A DNA stretch of 64,000 nucleotides from a virus (lineage: Duplodnaviria; Caudoviricetes). A program made the translations under genes and the position numbers. This document shows, in pieces, positions 56,784-64,000 of the stretch (positions are counted from its first letter, which is position 1; each line of letters opens with the position of its first letter). Location: IMG/VR virus record IMGVR_UViG_3300032248_000171, positions 1 to 64,000 of that record; one strand, 5' to 3'. The notes under the pieces were generated by a model. That model had not been told where the DNA came from and ran no database searches. It was given only the letters and a program-made list of their open reading frames with translations.

Positions 56784-57455
56784 ATGGCAAGAATCGATTT
56801 ACACAACTTCTTCAAGTTCTATGACGAGAAGAATCCTAATCACGTTAAAGCTGTTCAGTGGTTGGAAGATAATTTACCAGTCAAATATCTAGAAGATAAC
56901 ATCGATTGGGCGGAGATCTATAGAGGAAAAAAGGGTAATGCGGCACCAGCATCAACATCATCTGCTGCCGCTTCTGTAGTTGGTGGTGATGATGTTCCAC
57001 AAATGGGTATCAAATTGGTTAAGGAATTTGAAGGATGCCGTTTGAATGCTTATCCAGATCCACTCTCTGGTGGGTTGCCGATCACTATTGGTTGGGGTTC
57101 CACTAGAAATAAGAATGGACAACCATTCCATATGGGCGATAGTATCACTCAAGCAGAAGCAGATGAACTATTGATTGAGGAAGCGAAGCATCACTTCCTT
57201 CCAGCACTTCGTAAAATTCCACACTGGAATGAAATGTCTGATGGAAAAAGAGGTGCCCTATTATCCTTCGCTTATAATTTGGGCGCTGGGTTTTATGGCG
57301 GTGATAATTTTAATACTATCACTCGTGTTCTGAAAAACAAAGAATGGGATAAGGTGCCCGATGCGCTTTACCTCTACAGAAATCCTGGTTCAAATGTAGA
57401 AGCAGGACTAGCACGTAGAAGAAAAGCAGAAGGTGAAGCTTGGAAAAAAGGTTAA
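56784..57455 (+). CDS. Lysozyme/endolysin (GH24-like)
   Basis: KEFEGCRLNAYPDP...TIGWGST, ALLSFAYNLG and GLARRRKAE motifs. Confidence 0.92.
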   Translation: MARIDLHNFFKFYDEKNPNHVKAVQWLEDNLPVKYLEDNIDWAEIYRGKKGNAAPASTSSAAASVVGGDDVPQMGIKLVKEFEGCRLNAYPDPLSGGLPITIGWGSTRNKNGQPFHMGDSITQAEADELLIEEAKHHFLPALRKIPHWNEMSDGKRGALLSFAYNLGAGFYGGDNFNTITRVLKNKEWDKVPDALYLYRNPGSNVEAGLARRRKAEGEAWKKG

Positions 57456-57471
57456 CCTCGCATAAGGACAA

Positions 57472-57825
57472 ATGGAAAACAACAAAAGAGAAAAATGTAT
57501 GAGCACAATTATTAGGATTAGTGTTTTGAGTTGGAGTGCTGCTCTTCTCACTGCTAGTTATGCTGGTCTTCTTGCTAAGATGGACCCTACATTTATTGCT
57601 ACAGTATTTACTGCTGCCGCAGCAACTTTTGGAGTTGATACTTTGAAGAAGGGAGAGGATAAAGAAGATGCCGATAAACCCGCTGGAAGGAATCCAGAAC
57701 CTGAATTCATCATCGATACCCCAGCTCCAACCGAGCCAACTATCGCCACTACAGCAACCGAAGGTTGCCCAGAATGCGGTGCAGGGGATTCTCCCGACTA
57801 TAGTAGAGCAACTACCGCCAGCTAA
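57472..57825 (+). CDS. Two-TM membrane protein, holin candidate
   Basis: Two hydrophobic helices (ISVLSWSAALLTASY; FIATVFTAAAATFGV) directly after the lysozyme. Confidence 0.6.
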   Translation: MENNKREKCMSTIIRISVLSWSAALLTASYAGLLAKMDPTFIATVFTAAAATFGVDTLKKGEDKEDADKPAGRNPEPEFIIDTPAPTEPTIATTATEGCPECGAGDSPDYSRATTAS

Positions 57826-58414
57826 AACTCAGGTTCCTGTTACCAATGGATTGGAGCGTCCAGTATTTGACGCTCCTGATCCTTCTATCAAATATCCTGT
57901 GATTAATGTTCCTACACAGGAGGAATTTGATGCGGCTGTGAGAGCAGAGAAACAAAAAGAACAGCAGGAAAAAGAAGAGAAGGAAAGAAAACTTCCTGAT
58001 TCTCCACCACCAGTAATACCAGCAATTAACGCTGTTCAACCACAAGATAAATCAGAGTCAACTACTCAACCTACCACCGACAAACCCGTAACAGCTGAGA
58101 TACAGGTGCCTATCCTAGGAGCGGTTCCAGTGCCCACAAACAAAGAAGTGGCACTGGCAGGCACCACAGCAATGGCAGCAACCGCAGCGGCGCTTCTAGG
58201 CAAGTCTGCGGTCGATTTTTTATTGAAGTTTTTTAAACCTATTGCCAATCAAATTTGGATTCGTGGCAAAAAACTTCTATCTAAAGATTTAACTGACTAT
58301 GAGTTACAACTATTCTTTGCTTTTGAAAAAGATAAGCAGATGAAAGCAGTTGCCAAGAAGTTAAAAAAAGAATTTAAACTAGAAAAGAAACGTCAGCATA
58401 ACTTGGGTAAGTAA
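57668..58414 (+). CDS. Pro/Gln-rich membrane-anchored hypothetical protein
   Basis: GGAGAGGA RBS; Pro-rich N-half, hydrophobic Ala-rich helix, basic C-terminus; overlaps the upstream ORF by 158 nt. Confidence 0.7.
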   Translation: MPINPLEGIQNLNSSSIPQLQPSQLSPLQQPKVAQNAVQGILPTIVEQLPPAKTQVPVTNGLERPVFDAPDPSIKYPVINVPTQEEFDAAVRAEKQKEQQEKEEKERKLPDSPPPVIPAINAVQPQDKSESTTQPTTDKPVTAEIQVPILGAVPVPTNKEVALAGTTAMAATAAALLGKSAVDFLLKFFKPIANQIWIRGKKLLSKDLTDYELQLFFAFEKDKQMKAVAKKLKKEFKLEKKRQHNLGK

Positions 58415-58828
58415 TTACTTCTTACGCTTAGCATCTAACTCAGCAAAGTTTTTCTTTTTGGTCCCGCCATCATACGTCCAAGCATAACCTTCAACAATCA
58501 TTTGATCATTCAATGATGTCTCTTGGTCGTTGATGAATAGATGACCGATGATTCTACCATACTTTTCTGTGCTATCTGGTAGTTCGGTCTTAATCAAAAT
58601 GTGTTCAGCATTTTCTACTTTATGCTTAAGCCATTCTTTAGATTCGAGACCATATTTCTTTTCATTAGCATCAGCTGTTCTGCTCTCTGGGGTATCGACA
58701 CCAGCAAGACGAATTCGCTTAGTAAGGGAGATATCAAAACCAAGATCAATGTCAGCATCAATAGTGTCGCCATCGATTACCTTTGTGATTTGTTTGATAC
58801 GATAGATGTATGGATCTTTTAATGACAT
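58415..58828 (-). CDS. Thermonuclease (SNase-like) family protein
   Basis: VIDGDTID...RIRLAGVDTPE...KYGRIIG...LNDQMIVEGYA. Confidence 0.9.
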   Translation of the reverse strand: MSLKDPYIYRIKQITKVIDGDTIDADIDLGFDISLTKRIRLAGVDTPESRTADANEKKYGLESKEWLKHKVENAEHILIKTELPDSTEKYGRIIGHLFINDQETSLNDQMIVEGYAWTYDGGTKKKNFAELDAKRKK

Positions 58829-59040
58829 CAGAATGGGAGTTTAAACTTCTCTGTATTTAGTTTAGGGATGGGTAGTTTTCCCAATGCTTTTGATATTTGT
58901 TTCTCTACCACAGCACCTACAAACTCTTCTGGGTTGTCTAAAATCTTCTGTGCCTTCTGATAAGTTATGTAAGCACCATAGCAAAGCACGGCACTAACGC
59001 TCAAACTCAATACTGATAATCCTAATGCTAGTTTGTTCAT
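58828..59040 (-). CDS. Small membrane protein
   Basis: N-terminal hydrophobic helix; TGATG coupling to the nuclease gene. Confidence 0.7.
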   Translation of the reverse strand: MNKLALGLSVLSLSVSAVLCYGAYITYQKAQKILDNPEEFVGAVVEKQISKALGKLPIPKLNTEKFKLPF

Positions 59041-59231
59041 TCTCTTCCCTCTTCTTTGTGTATAAAAACTTTTAAATCTTTGACATATTTTCTTAGTATC
59101 TGTGCCTGTTCCTCATGCCAAAAATCACCCGTCTCTAAATGAAGACGGGTGTGATTGTCTATGGCTTTGAGTATCTGGTGAATAGGTTTGTTCCAGCATT
59201 CACGTTTTGGAGTGTCCCACTCTCTCGACAT
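59037..59231 (-). CDS. Small hypothetical protein
   Basis: 64 aa with a GAGG RBS and ATGA coupling. Confidence 0.7.
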   Translation of the reverse strand: MSREWDTPKRECWNKPIHQILKAIDNHTRLHLETGDFWHEEQAQILRKYVKDLKVFIHKEEGRE

Positions 59232-59237
59232 AAAACC

Positions 59238-59831
59238 TCATTGTTTTTTAACTTGCCCAATGCTTAGTGGCGCAGGTAACGTAGTATTTATCTGGGGATA
59301 CCTTACAACTATGTCAGCACATACTGAATAGTAAGGAGAATTAGGGTGAAATGTAACACCTAATTTTATAGCTTCTCCACACTTAAGTAATCTAACTAAC
59401 TCAAAATCTAAACGTGCTTTATCTGCTTCGGCATTCTGTCTTTTTATTTCTGTTCTTGCTCTTTCCTTACATAATTCCATTAATGTGCCATCAAGTGGTA
59501 CATTAAGACCAGCAGAGATACCCCAGTTATGACTACTTGAATCAAATGATTCTGGGTCCATGCTAGAGTTTCCACTCTTCAACATAAATGGAGATATCGA
59601 AAATGTAGCACCTTGGCAGGCAACACCATTACCATATGTGTTCATAGCATATGGTCCTTGTAATACTTGAACTGCCTGGTTAGTTACGTTACCTGTGGCA
59701 GATGCCGAAGGTCCAGCAATGTTTGTGTTGGAAGGAGCTTGTTGAGCAAAAGCACTGCCAGCAAATACTACTGAGTAAAGACAGATATAGAGTTTGTTGT
59801 AGAGTCTTGTGTAGTTGTTCTGTCTATCCAT
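59238..59831 (-). CDS. Exported/envelope protein of unknown function
   Basis: Signal-like segment ending GSAFA|QQ; beta-rich region (CQG..FSISPF..WGISAGLNVPL) then a helical Cys-containing region. Confidence 0.75.
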   Translation of the reverse strand: MDRQNNYTRLYNKLYICLYSVVFAGSAFAQQAPSNTNIAGPSASATGNVTNQAVQVLQGPYAMNTYGNGVACQGATFSISPFMLKSGNSSMDPESFDSSSHNWGISAGLNVPLDGTLMELCKERARTEIKRQNAEADKARLDFELVRLLKCGEAIKLGVTFHPNSPYYSVCADIVVRYPQINTTLPAPLSIGQVKKQ

Positions 59832-60133
59832 GTTTCTTTAGCTACTCCAGGTCCGAGATAAGTCTCACTAAACTGGAACGGAGCACCTTGATTCATAATA
59901 GAGTAACTAGTTCCTGGCGCAGGTGACCCAGGAATATTGATATTAGTTCCAGTTACAGTATAAGATGTGCCAGTTGTATATTCTATTTGTCTAATAGTCT
60001 CAACAATTTCTGTTCGAGACTTAGTTTCTGCTGTGATAGTTCCTCTAGTAAAATTGGGCACAACACTTTCAGCATAAGCGGGAGTACAAATGACTCCCGC
60101 TGCTAAAAGCAATACGGGAGTTATATGTCTCAC
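59768..60133 (-). CDS. Exported beta-rich protein
   Basis: Signal peptide ending PAYA|ES; YTVTGTNI...GAPFQFSET...SISVFTQ. Confidence 0.78.
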   Translation of the reverse strand: MRHITPVLLLAAGVICTPAYAESVVPNFTRGTITAETKSRTEIVETIRQIEYTTGTSYTVTGTNINIPGSPAPGTSYSIMNQGAPFQFSETYLGPGVAKETWIDRTTTQDSTTNSISVFTQ

Positions 60134-60591
60134 TTAAATACGCTCAACTCAACACTACGTTGTGCTGTTGCTGTGGTTCCTGCTCCACCAGCAGTAACTG
60201 TGGGAACACCAGTTGTTGATAGAGTACCAGCGAGAGAACCTTTGTCTCCTGCTAACTGAGTAACACTATCCCCATAAAGGTTGGGAGAAGCAATAACTCC
60301 AGCACTGACCGACTGAGTGGTGACTGATGTATCAGCAGACCTTGAAGTTTCTGAAAAAACAAATCCTTGACCAGCTGAGTTAACTTCATATGAACCAGTG
60401 GAACCAACACCACCAAATGTATTTGCTTTAATATTTGAACCAGAGACTGAGTATTCCCCTCCAAGTCTCGTAGATTGTACCGCTGCACCCTGAACGTTTA
60501 ATTGTATTGAATCAGTAATCCTAGATGTGATTTCACCTGCAAAAACAGGAGTAGTTAAGAATAACGAAAAGACAAATGCTAATCTTTTCAT
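60130..60591 (-). CDS. Exported beta-rich protein, paralogue of 59768-60133
   Basis: MKRLAFVFSLFLTTPVFA| signal peptide; YSVSGSNI...GQGFVFSET...ELSVFK. Confidence 0.78.
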   Translation of the reverse strand: MKRLAFVFSLFLTTPVFAGEITSRITDSIQLNVQGAAVQSTRLGGEYSVSGSNIKANTFGGVGSTGSYEVNSAGQGFVFSETSRSADTSVTTQSVSAGVIASPNLYGDSVTQLAGDKGSLAGTLSTTGVPTVTAGGAGTTATAQRSVELSVFK

Positions 60592-60617
60592 TTTTTTGTA
60601 TAAAATACGACTATATG

Positions 60618-60624
60618 TATTTAT
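60618..60624 (-). promoter_or_regulatory. Late promoter for the minus-strand operon
   Basis: TATTTAT on + equals ATAAATA on -, about 27 nt upstream of the start codon at 60591. Confidence 0.7.
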
Positions 60625-60652
60625 GTTTCGTAGTGGTTCGGAAAGCACCCCC

Positions 60653-60681
60653 TTGACAAAATCCTAAATACTTGCTATATT
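60653..60681 (+). promoter_or_regulatory. Sigma70 promoter with a nested late-like CTAAATA
   Basis: TTGACA-N17-TATATT with an extended TG. Confidence 0.75.
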
Positions 60682-60708
60682 ATGGTGTTCATCATGAGAA
60701 CGTGAGTG

Positions 60709-60770
60709 ACATTAGAGCCGTGGAAGGTGCCTCCCGAGAGGGTTGGTATACCCCCCTTCTATACGGATGT
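60709..60770 (+). ncRNA. Structured 5' leader RNA candidate
   Basis: Nested stems ACAU/AUGU, CCGU/ACGG, GGAAGG/CCUUCU, GUGCC/GGUAU and a CCC-GAGA-GGG GNRA loop. Confidence 0.5.
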
Positions 60771-60788
60771 AGAGTTCAATTAAACTAA

Positions 60789-61427
60789 ATGCAAAATATC
60801 TTTACAGTAGCCCTGCCGATTTTGGCATCGGTTACAACCAGTACGGCAACACTGCCTGGTTTATTTCCTCCTCCCCCATTGAGTGCTCCGCCACCATATT
60901 CTGTTATTAAGGAGTTTGAGACCAAGACAGCGACCAAAGAGGTTGCTCCCGAAAAGCCAAAAGAGAAAAGGCTAATTTGTAAAGGGTGTTCGAATCAAGA
61001 ACAAATTGCTCTTGATTATTTCCAAGACGTTGGAATCAAAGACAGAAACGCCCTTGCTACCATCATGGGTAACATTAAACAGGAATCAACATTCGTGTCT
61101 AATATTTGTGAAGGTGGTAGCAGAAAGAATTACCGTAATTGCTATGGTGGTTATGGTTTAATTCAGTGGACATCTGCCAATCGTTACTATGGATTGGGTG
61201 AATTTGCTAAAAAGTTTGGTGGTTCTCCATCAGACATCCACACACAACTTCGTTATTTGACCAGTGAAGTTCAATGGAAACAGATTGAAAACCATATGAA
61301 ACAAGGTGGTAAATCAATCTATTCCTACATGAACTATGCTTATGATTGGATTGGTTGGGGCTATCATGGTGCCCGCACATCTTATGCTCATGATTATGCT
61401 TCCAAACTAATCTCAGTAGAGGTTTGA
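60789..61427 (+). CDS. Phage tail-type lysozyme/cell-wall hydrolase with an N-terminal signal-like segment
   Basis: ALATIMGNIKQES...GYGLIQWT...QLRYL motifs; hydrophobic, Pro-rich N-terminus. Confidence 0.82.
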   Translation: MQNIFTVALPILASVTTSTATLPGLFPPPPLSAPPPYSVIKEFETKTATKEVAPEKPKEKRLICKGCSNQEQIALDYFQDVGIKDRNALATIMGNIKQESTFVSNICEGGSRKNYRNCYGGYGLIQWTSANRYYGLGEFAKKFGGSPSDIHTQLRYLTSEVQWKQIENHMKQGGKSIYSYMNYAYDWIGWGYHGARTSYAHDYASKLISVEV

Positions 61428-61468
61428 ATCTAGGATAAATAATGGGGAGTGGCGCCGCTCCCCTTCCT

Positions 61469-61870
61469 ATGTTTAACTTCGGTAAAAAGAAACCAGATAT
61501 AAAACAATATGCTATAATCAGTGTAGTGTTAACAACTATTATTGCCACTCTTTCTCAATGCACGGGAATTAAACAAGATAGTATTTGGGATTTACTTGAT
61601 GAAGTTCAAAGAAGATATTTCCCCCAAACTATTATCAACGACTTTATCATAAAAGACCCAGAGAAACTAGACCGAAGAATTCATAGAGATGTTGACAGAG
61701 CAATAGATGATTACTGGAGACAATCTGGTTTATCAAAAGCAGAGGTATCAAAACCTCGCTATATAGAAGAAGCAAACGACGAAACATTATGTTACAGCGA
61801 AGAGTGTAAGACACTCGCCCCACCCATGAGGTTATGTGCCCCATGGCTTGACACCTGCCCCAAGCAGTGA
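61469..61870 (+). CDS. Membrane-anchored hypothetical protein
   Basis: Late promoter at 61435; MFNFGKKKP then a TM helix; C-terminal CYSEEC...CAPW..C. Confidence 0.7.
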   Translation: MFNFGKKKPDIKQYAIISVVLTTIIATLSQCTGIKQDSIWDLLDEVQRRYFPQTIINDFIIKDPEKLDRRIHRDVDRAIDDYWRQSGLSKAEVSKPRYIEEANDETLCYSEECKTLAPPMRLCAPWLDTCPKQ

Positions 61871-61876
61871 TATAAT
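61848..61876 (+). promoter_or_regulatory. Consensus sigma70 promoter for tRNAs
   Basis: TTGACA-N17-TATAAT, ending 12 nt before tRNA-Arg. Confidence 0.85.
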
Positions 61877-61888
61877 ACTCTCATACGA

Positions 61889-61964
61889 GGGCACGTAGCA
61901 TAATGGATAATGCATCATCCTTCTAAGATGTCGATTGCTGGTTCGACCCCAGCCGTGCCTGCCA
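61889..61964 (+). tRNA. tRNA-Arg(TCT)
   Basis: Acceptor GGGCACG/CGTGCCT, anticodon loop CTTCTAA, T-arm GGTTCGAC, encoded CCA. Confidence 0.92.
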
Positions 61965-62037
61965 GGGAGATTAACTCAGCGGTTAGAGTGTCTGATTTAC
62001 ATTCAGAAGGTCATTGGTTCGAATCCGATATTTCCCA
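61965..62037 (+). tRNA. tRNA-Val(TAC)
   Basis: Acceptor GGGAGAT/ATTTCCC, anticodon arm TCTGA-TTTACAT-TCAGA, GGTTCGAATC; no encoded CCA. Confidence 0.92.
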
Positions 62038-62045
62038 TACGAATT

Positions 62046-62273
62046 ATGAATACATATTATATCTCAATAGCAACGATTGCTGCTATCGTATACATACTCT
62101 GGCAAGACCCTAATGTGCCGAGATTTATTGAATTGATGTATCAATTGGCAAAGATTAATGTAATTCGTTTTTTTATGAAAATTAAAATGAAACGACAACT
62201 TGATAAAGATTACAATGAAATGCAAAAAGCTATGAAGGAATGGTTAAAAGAAAATGGCAAAGATAAGATGTAA
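62046..62273 (+). CDS. Small membrane protein
   Basis: MNTYYISIATIAAIVYILWQDPNV; the ATG follows tRNA-Val. Confidence 0.7.
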   Translation: MNTYYISIATIAAIVYILWQDPNVPRFIELMYQLAKINVIRFFMKIKMKRQLDKDYNEMQKAMKEWLKENGKDKM

Positions 62274-62511
62274 AGCATGTGGAACTGAGATAGAGTTAAC
62301 ACAAGCAAATAAAAGTAAAGCATGTGGATGTAGTAACCAGACATTTCTGCGTTTGGATAGAAATGGAATGCCCATAATCACAGGTAACGATTTGAATTTG
62401 GTGACTGCCATTGATGGTCTATCCAAACCTAAAGAAAAAAAGCTTGACATCTCACCAGTATCAGGTTATACTAAGCGGGTTCCGAGAAAATTGGATTTTG
62501 AGGTCCGATAA
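62254..62511 (+). CDS. Zinc-ribbon hypothetical protein
   Basis: CKACG...ACGCSN; C-terminal RKLDFEVR. Confidence 0.75.
   Translation: MAKIRCKACGTEIELTQANKSKACGCSNQTFLRLDRNGMPIITGNDLNLVTAIDGLSKPKEKKLDISPVSGYTKRVPRKLDFEVR
62444..62472 (+). promoter_or_regulatory. Sigma70 promoter
   Basis: TTGACA-N17-TATACT inside the upstream CDS. Confidence 0.7.
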
Positions 62512-62536
62512 ATAATTAAACAATCAATTAACTATC

Positions 62537-62674
62537 ATGCCAACAATTTTTAGTTACGTTCTTGGAAGACGTGCATCACTTCAAACAATTGAAGAAGTTC
62601 TAGAAGAAGCACCTGCTGTTGACCCACTAGCAGATGCTCCAACATCTACATCAGAAGAAACACCTGCTGAATAA
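62537..62674 (+). CDS. Small acidic peptide, 45 aa
   Basis: MPTIFSYVLGRRASLQTIEEVLEEAPAVDPLADAPTSTSEETPAE; late promoter at 62508. Confidence 0.55.
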   Translation: MPTIFSYVLGRRASLQTIEEVLEEAPAVDPLADAPTSTSEETPAE

Positions 62675-62681
62675 TCTGACT

Positions 62682-62769
62682 GGAAGATTGGCCGAGCGGC
62701 TTAAGGCAGCAGTTTGCTAAACTGCCGAAGGAGTCAATCCTTCCGATGGTTCGAATCCATCATCTTCCG
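62682..62769 (+). tRNA. tRNA-Ser(GCT)
   Basis: Acceptor GGAAGAT/ATCTTCC, anticodon arm GCAGT-TTGCTAA-ACTGC, long variable arm GAAGGA..TCCTTC, GGTTCGAATCC. Confidence 0.93.
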
Positions 62770-62807
62770 TTGCCCTCTGGGCATTTTGTAAACTAACAAT
62801 AAAAAGT

Positions 62808-64000
62808 ATGAAAATCAAACAACTGATGCTTGCACCTGTTGCTTTGGGAATGATTGCTCCTGTTGCTGCGAATGCCGCAGACCTTAACTTGGCAGCAGTC
62901 AATCAATATTCCTCTAGCGATCAGGTTACAAGCGTTTCGCAACTCTCTGATGTGAAACCTACTGACTGGGCTTACCAAGCACTTTCTAGTTTGGTTGATC
63001 GTTATGGTTGTGTTGCTGGTTATCCCAATGGCACCTTTGGTGGTGCTAAACCAATGACTCGTTTTGAGGCAGCTGCTCTTCTGAACTCTTGCCTTGATCG
63101 TGTCACTGAAGTAACCGATGAACTTAAGCGTCTTCTTGCTGAGTTTGATAAAGAACTAACCATTCTTACTGCTCGTGTGGATGGACTCGAGAGTAAAGTC
63201 GGTCAACTTCAAGCAACTCAATTCTCTACTACTACCAAACTTAAGGGTGAAGCAAACTTCGTTCTTGGTGGTGTTCCTGGTTATAAGACTACTACTGGTG
63301 CTAGTGCTGGTAATACCGCATTTAACTATGACCTTCGTATCAACCTTGATACATCGTTCACTGGTAAGGATTTGCTCCGTACTCGTCTGCGTTCTGGTAA
63401 CTTCTCCAGTCAACCTTTCGGTTCTTCTTCGTCACTACTCAAACTTGACAAAGCAGAAACCTCTACTGCTGGCGACAGCAATGTGTGGTTGGATCGTCTG
63501 TATTACACCTTCCCTGCTGGTAAGAATGTAAAACTAACTGCTGGTGCTCTTGTTCGTAACACTGAACTGGCATGGATTGCTTCAGCATACAAGTCTGAAG
63601 TTCTTGACTTCTTCCAACTTGGTGGTGCTTCAGGTGTCTATAACAAGGCAACTGGTCAAGGTTTCGGTGCTCAATACACTCAACCAGGAACTCAAGGTTT
63701 GGTTGCTAACCTAAACTATGTTGCTATCACTGGTTCTTCTAGTTCCACTGGTGTCTTTGATTCCTCTGGTGGTCTGAACGTTCTTGCTCAGGTTGGTTAT
63801 CGTGCTCCTCGGTGGGGCGTGGCAGTCGGTTACCGCTATGGCACCGAGGGTTCACGGGTTCGTAACTTCAACGCTCTTGGCGGCGGTTCTGGCGCCCTTA
63901 CACACGGTCAGGATTCCAACAGCGTAGCATTCAATGCTTACTGGCAACCTAAGACTTCTGGCATCGTTCCTTCCATCAGCTTTGGTTATGGATATAACGG
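62808..64000 (+). CDS. Cyanobacterial-type outer-membrane porin with an SLH domain (SomA/B-like), 3' truncated
   Basis: Absent from the ORF track because there is no stop in the window. Reads MKIKQLMLAPVALG.. signal, QVTSVSQLSDVKPTDWAYQALSSLVDRYGCVAGYPNGTF..MTRFEAAA, QFSTTTKLKGE, LDTSFTGKDLLRTRLRSGN. Confidence 0.93.
   Translation, partial: MKIKQLMLAPVALGMIAPVAANAADLNLAAVNQYSSSDQVTSVSQLSDVKPTDWAYQALSSLVDRYGCVAGYPNGTFGGAKPMTRFEAAALLNSCLDRVTEVTDELKRLLAEFDKELTILTARVDGLESKVGQLQATQFSTTTKLKGEANFVLGGVPGYKTTTGASAGNTAFNYDLRINLDTSFTGKDLLRTRLRSGNFSSQPFGSSSSLLKLDKAETSTAGDSNVWLDRLYYTFPAGKNVKLTAGALVRNTELAWIASAYKSEVLDFFQLGGASGVYNKATGQGFGAQYTQPGTQGLVANLNYVAITGSSSSTGVFDSSGGLNVLAQVGYRAPRWGVAVGYRYGTEGSRVRNFNALGGGSGALTHGQDSNSVAFNAYWQPKTSGIVPSISFGYGYN

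Noticed and set aside
61910-62113. ORFs overlapping tRNA-Arg and tRNA-Val
   Set aside because: The sequence is fully explained by tRNA cloverleaves.
61889-62769. tRNAs as a prophage attachment site or host-phage junction
   Set aside because: No integrase or att duplication is visible, and phage-type promoters and codon usage continue on both sides.
63156-63651. Short ORFs listed in the final 1.2 kb
   Set aside because: They are alternative-frame shadows of the porin gene, which runs off the window end.

Overview
This window is the core of a T4-like cyanomyovirus genome (Kyanoviridae-type, AT-rich, almost entirely + strand). In order it carries: a repeat-rich fibre gene (5' truncated) and a large beta-rich structural gene; neck, tail and head genes g13-g23 and g3; uvsY, uvsW, g55, g47, g46; a vWA/peptidase plus CobS-like AAA+ pair; g45, g44, an EndoVII-type homing endonuclease, dam, g62, regA, a 2OG-Fe(II) oxygenase, hsp20, three Sm-like paralogues, g43, uvsX, g41 and mazG; a late block (ligase-fold protein, HxGH-type nucleotidyltransferase, putative nuclease, Lys/Glu-rich modular proteins); g61, nrdA, nrdB; a lysis-type cluster (C39-like peptidase, lysozyme, membrane proteins); the only minus-strand operon (three signal-peptide proteins and an SNase-fold nuclease); a tail-type lysozyme with a structured leader; three tRNAs; and the 5' part of a cyanobacterial SLH-domain porin. 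A Synechococcus/Cyanobium-type host is inferred from the porin and gene set. Early/middle sigma70-type promoters (TTGACA-N17-TATAAT) and late gp55 promoters ((T)ATAAATA) are clearly visible. The best candidates for undescribed biology are: (1) a late module pairing a covalent nucleotidyltransferase (ligase-fold) protein with an NMNAT-like enzyme and a nuclease; (2) modular basic polyproteins punctuated by gp21-type xxE sites; (3) a late operon of exported beta-rich paralogues that may build a surface structure; (4) a ROSE-like RNA thermometer on phage hsp20; (5) a shared N-terminal domain on two lysis enzymes; (6) a perfect antisense promoter back-to-back with the g55 promoter. All calls come from motif recognition by eye; no database searches were run.
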